DNA of 64,000 nt, from assembly GCF_009914755.1 (NCBI RefSeq), contig NC_060938.1; one strand, given 5' to 3'. Positions 57,415 to 64,000 of this stretch are shown piece by piece. The notes under the pieces were generated by a model that had not been told where the DNA came from, ran no database searches, and saw only the letters and a program-made list of their open reading frames with translations. The position numbers and the translations under genes were made by a program. The DNA is from the human T2T-CHM13v2.0 reference genome, Homo sapiens. Within the stretch, counting starts at the first letter, position 1, and each line of letters begins with the position of its first letter.

Positions 57415-57948
57415 ATGCGGAAGCCTCTGTAAATCCCATTACTTATGGCATAATCTGAACAGTGACTTCAGGAACAGTGATTTCAGGAATGCTGAAGACA
57501 TTTTTGATCAGAATAGGGGTGATATATAGGTTGACTTAGCTTTGTTCATCTAGGGATCCTTGTGGGGTTGGTTTAACTATAAGGTAAAATCTGTAGGTTG
57601 ATCAATTCTCTCATATTTAATTCTATATTCCTGAACATGGATGTAAAGCTAACTCAGTGTGAATTAGATTTATTATCCCTCCATATCCAGGAGCACCAAT
57701 ATCACATGCAGTATTTTTTCTGTTCTTTTTATGGCTTACATTGGTATAGGCAGGAAAAATTCCAAGATCCTTTTCGTAATGCACGTAAATGAGAATGAAA
57801 AGCAGGAAGGAATATTAAGCATCACTCTTCATACTTAGGGTATTCCATGCACATCTCGGGCTCCTACTCTAGAGCCTCAGCTACTCTGAGCGGAGAGTCT
57901 GCTGTGCATACTCTTTGCTCACAGGCATCCAGAGCCTGTTCCCAAATT
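57415..57948 (+). pseudogene. Decayed TRAV24-like V relic (leader remnant 57415-57461, V remnant from about 57639)
   Basis: atgcggaagcctctgtaaatcccattactt...ctgaaca|gtgact leader; SLHIQE/TNITCS/SFYGLHWYRQEK/FVMHVNENEKQEGILSITLHT; RSS remnant ctctttg-ctcacaggcatccagagcctgt-tcccaaatt. Confidence 0.88.
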
Positions 57949-59986
57949 CAAAGCTGTAGCCACAGATCCCAGCAAAAGGGCAGACACGCGAGAGTTGTTG
58001 CTGTCTTCTAGCAGGGTGTAGAGAAATGTAGCTATGATGAATCATTTCATTTCAGTTTCAAAAAATATGGAAATTCAGCTGAATAATCAGTCCAGTTACT
58101 ATATATCCCTGCTCTTAACAAAACTATTTCAAATACCTTAAGACAATAAATCAGCTTTTCTTCTTTTCAGATATATTTAACATGATTTATAAATTACTGA
58201 AACCCATTATAAAGTTCTGTTACAATGGACATTTTTCACTCTAACTGCTGTTACATTTACCCCATTTCATGTCTTGCATAATGGGGAGGGAATATATTAA
58301 TGCTGTCTTTATCCTTCTAAAGCAACGTAGAATCATACCAGAAAAAGGAATACTACATCCAATCTCATCCCTGTCTTTTTGTTCAAGCTCTTCAGACTGC
58401 TTCAACTTTCACATTTCATTCATTCCCACAGTTATCTATTTACGTTCTTTTCTTATCTAATATATTTGGGAAACAGCATTGGGAAAACATACTTTCTAGC
58501 ATTGTTCTAGCCATAAGTGTGTTGTATCTTCTTGAGCAAGTGAATCAACTTCTTAACATTGTATATCAGGACCTTCATCTGTAATGCAAGGGCAATGATT
58601 TCCAGCTAACATCGGTCTCAAGTTTTATTCATTTTATCAATTAGCAATTGTTAACTGGTTGCCTGCTGAGTTCTGCATAAATGTTACATGCTGGGAAAAA
58701 AAGAGCTATGGAAAAATACATATCTTCTTTGACTAAATTGTAGTCTAGTTAGTTATGCAGGCAGCTAATCAGACAGAGTAAAGTGAAATGAGGCCAACCT
58801 TGGGAAAGCAAACGGAGGTATGAAGGCATATGGAAAGTCCCACCCCCATCTTAGCCTTAGAGGTGAGTCAGGGGCAGCCTGTAGTATGTCTTGCCTATGC
58901 TGAGACCTAAAGATTTAGTAGGAGTCAATCAAGTTGAAAGACAGAGAAGGTAGTAAAAGTGATCTTAAAGATAGAAACAGCATGTACAAGGTGACACAGA
59001 ACACAATGAACCTGAGGACTAAAAGCCAGAATTATGCTATAATTAAAATTATGTATGTTATAAAATGTTCAAACCACCACTGCAAAGCAGTTGTACCTTA
59101 ATTCTCAGTTTTATAAATGAGTAACCATAATATTTGTGAGGTTACCAAATATGTTTTCTATTTACTTGAGATTTCACTTAATAAGGTTATTCATTTGATA
59201 CCTAATATGTGTCTTAGACTCGAAAACAATAGATGCAAATGAGAAGAATAAGGCATTGTTTCTGCCTTCAGGGAGCATGTAATATTGCAGAGTGTATTAC
59301 AATATAGTATAATAAAAGCTATCATAGGAGAAGCGTAGAATATAACCACCTAACAGTGGCATTTAATTTGGAAACTTAAATGTAAGGGAAAGCTGCCTAC
59401 GGGAAGTAGTATCTAGGTTAAGATCTGTAAAACAGTTAGCCAAAAATGGAGTCAGAGACAGGGTATTACAGAAAAAGATAAATAGAATGTACAAAGACAT
59501 GAAGTCAATATTTAGTTTAAGAGAATGACATTAAACTAATTCAGGATGGCCAGAGCATACAACTCAAAATGTATGTCAGTAAATATAAAACTAAAGCAAT
59601 AAGCAGAAACCACTTTGTGAAAATAATTAAAAGCCATTATAAGATGTTTGTACATTACATTATCTTGAAGACAACGATGAGCAGTGAAAGAAATCTGCAC
59701 AAGTAAATAATATAATGAAATGTCACTGTTTGAAAGATTACTATGAGTTCACATACTTATATATTATATCCATGTGTGGGCATGTATATAAAATATATAT
59801 ATGTAGTAAAATACATATAATACATTTTCCCTTGATACTTCTTTTTTCTCTTAATTCTGGAGTAATTCTTTCTGTAACACAGTATATTGATAGGCCCTTC
59901 TTATAGCAAGAAAAAAACCTATCCTGTATGAAAACTTACTCAAGAAAAGCCAAAATCCACAGTTTAATCAACATTCCTCAGTCTGG

Positions 59987-60000
59987 CCACAGGGGAGAGC
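59987..60000 (+). promoter_or_regulatory. CTCF-like motif upstream of TRAV30
   Basis: (GG)CCACAGGGGAGAGC about 190 bp upstream of the ATG. Confidence 0.45.
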
Positions 60001-60190
60001 TGTTTAAAAAGTATTCTAGGTAGATGCATTTAGTTCTCTGCAGTTAAACTGTTGTGATGTGTCTCTGATTGGTTGCCCCCAAAGTTGCAATATCCTGGAA
60101 GCAATTGCAACAGGCCTCATTCTGAGTTCAAAGCAACTCCTGTTAAGGAAGCCCATTCAGAAGCTGACTGGATATTCTGGCAGGCCAAGG

Positions 60191-60750
60191 ATGGAGACTC
60201 TCCTGAAAGTGCTTTCAGGCACCTTGTTGTGGCAGTTGACCTGTGAGTACACGATTCAGTCTGGGAGAGGTTGTGATATGACAGCATCTTAATGACAATA
60301 GCTTTCTGTCTTGGGAAGGGCCCTTTTAAGAACCAGACCTAAGAAGTGAGGAAAATGTACCGTAATTATGTGGTGATGCTTAATGTTTTAAATAAGGAAG
60401 GAAGAGAGAAAATCACCCTTCCCTTCACGAGATTGAGCATCTCATTCGATTGTCTTTCTGATCAGGGGTGAGAAGCCAACAACCAGTGCAGAGTCCTCAA
60501 GCCGTGATCCTCCGAGAAGGGGAAGATGCTGTCATCAACTGCAGTTCCTCCAAGGCTTTATATTCTGTACACTGGTACAGGCAGAAGCATGGTGAAGCAC
60601 CCGTCTTCCTGATGATATTACTGAAGGGTGGAGAACAGAAGGGTCATGAAAAAATATCTGCTTCATTTAATGAAAAAAAGCAGCAAAGCTCCCTGTACCT
60701 TACGGCCTCCCAGCTCAGTTACTCAGGAACCTACTTCTGCGGCACAGAGA
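60191..60750 (+). CDS. TRAV30: T-cell receptor alpha variable 30 (leader 60191-60242, V exon 60466-60750)
   Basis: METLLKVLSGTLLWQLTW/VRSQQPVQSPQAVILREGEDAVINCSSSKALYSVHWY...YSGTYFCGTE. Confidence 0.97.
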
Positions 60751-60789
60751 CACAGTGATACCCAGGCCTCCAAGACCTGTACTCAAACC
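60751..60789 (+). other. 23-RSS of TRAV30
   Basis: cacagtg + 23 nt + actcaaacc. Confidence 0.96.
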
Positions 60790-61537
60790 TAAAGCTGAGC
60801 CGCAGATGCTCCCCTAGCACAGATGCCCACCACAGGAGTATGGGGAACTTACCAGAAGGTTCATCCATGATAAAAGAGAAACCTGAAGGAAATTCATTTG
60901 CTTCAACACATAACACAAAAAGCAAGCCATGGCCTTAAGACCATATCTAATTTGGCATTGTTTTCTTGATAATTATTTAATTGCTTTGTTGGTATTATAT
61001 GATAGATAACTTAGATTCAGAGAAAATTACATAGATTTCAGTTTCAAAAACTGGAGTGAATTCCTATTTGACTGAAGCTATACATATAAACTCCTTTTGG
61101 ATCTCTGCATTCCTATCTGAAAGTGAAAAGTAACCTCTCTTTCTTCTCCTAGGTACCCACAGCTTGACAATAGGACAGCAAAAAAAAAAAAAAAAAAAAA
61201 AATTGTCTGGTTCTTTCTTGGACGTGAGGATTGTACACGGTAGGTATTTAGATTGTTAATCTTGTTACCTATCTGGAAAGGTCACTAGCATTATTTTTTC
61301 CAAGGTTTTAAATATCTGTTTTGGGGAAATGGCATTTAGAAGTACTTCAATTTTATATTTGCCTTGCCTTCTCTTCTCATTGAGGTTTATTCTGATTGAT
61401 TTCCAGCTTTGCCCAAGGGACCCTGAGTTATCTTACCAGTTTGCCCAATGGTCAAGATCCTTCCTCAATTGTTCCTTTCATATCAACCCAGCACAACACT
61501 GCATGTAGGAAACACTCAACAAGTTTTAATTGAGTCA

Positions 61538-64000
<2,463 letters not shown>

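Overview
Human (hominid) genomic DNA from the T-cell receptor alpha/delta (TRA/TRD) variable-gene cluster, 14q11.2. All V genes lie on the + strand, each with a leader exon, intron, V exon and 23-bp-spacer recombination signal (RSS). In order: TRAV25, TRAV26-1, TRAV8-7 (open frame, broken heptamer), TRAV27, TRAV28 (pseudogene), TRAV29/DV5 and TRAV30. Direct reading also shows four heavily decayed V relics not recognisable as whole genes in the ORF track: a TRAV4/26-like relic at about 31.1-31.4 kb and three TRAV24-like relics at about 32.5-33.0, 47.65-48.03 and 57.4-57.95 kb. It also shows an inverted, truncated paralogue of the TRAV27 leader and intron just downstream of TRAV27. Other points are co-oriented CTCF-like motifs in front of most V genes, a candidate cryptic 12-RSS upstream of TRAV28, an in-frame uORF before TRAV27, a very young AluYd8 and a perfect 97-bp tandem duplication. 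The rest is Alu, L1, L2, MIR, LTR and DNA-transposon sequence, and most listed ORFs are repeat artefacts. This is a well-studied locus and I see no evidence of a wholly new biological system. The best candidates for under-described structure are the relics, the inverted TRAV27 copy and the RSS anomalies. Gene and repeat names are from recognition of sequence, not from a database search.
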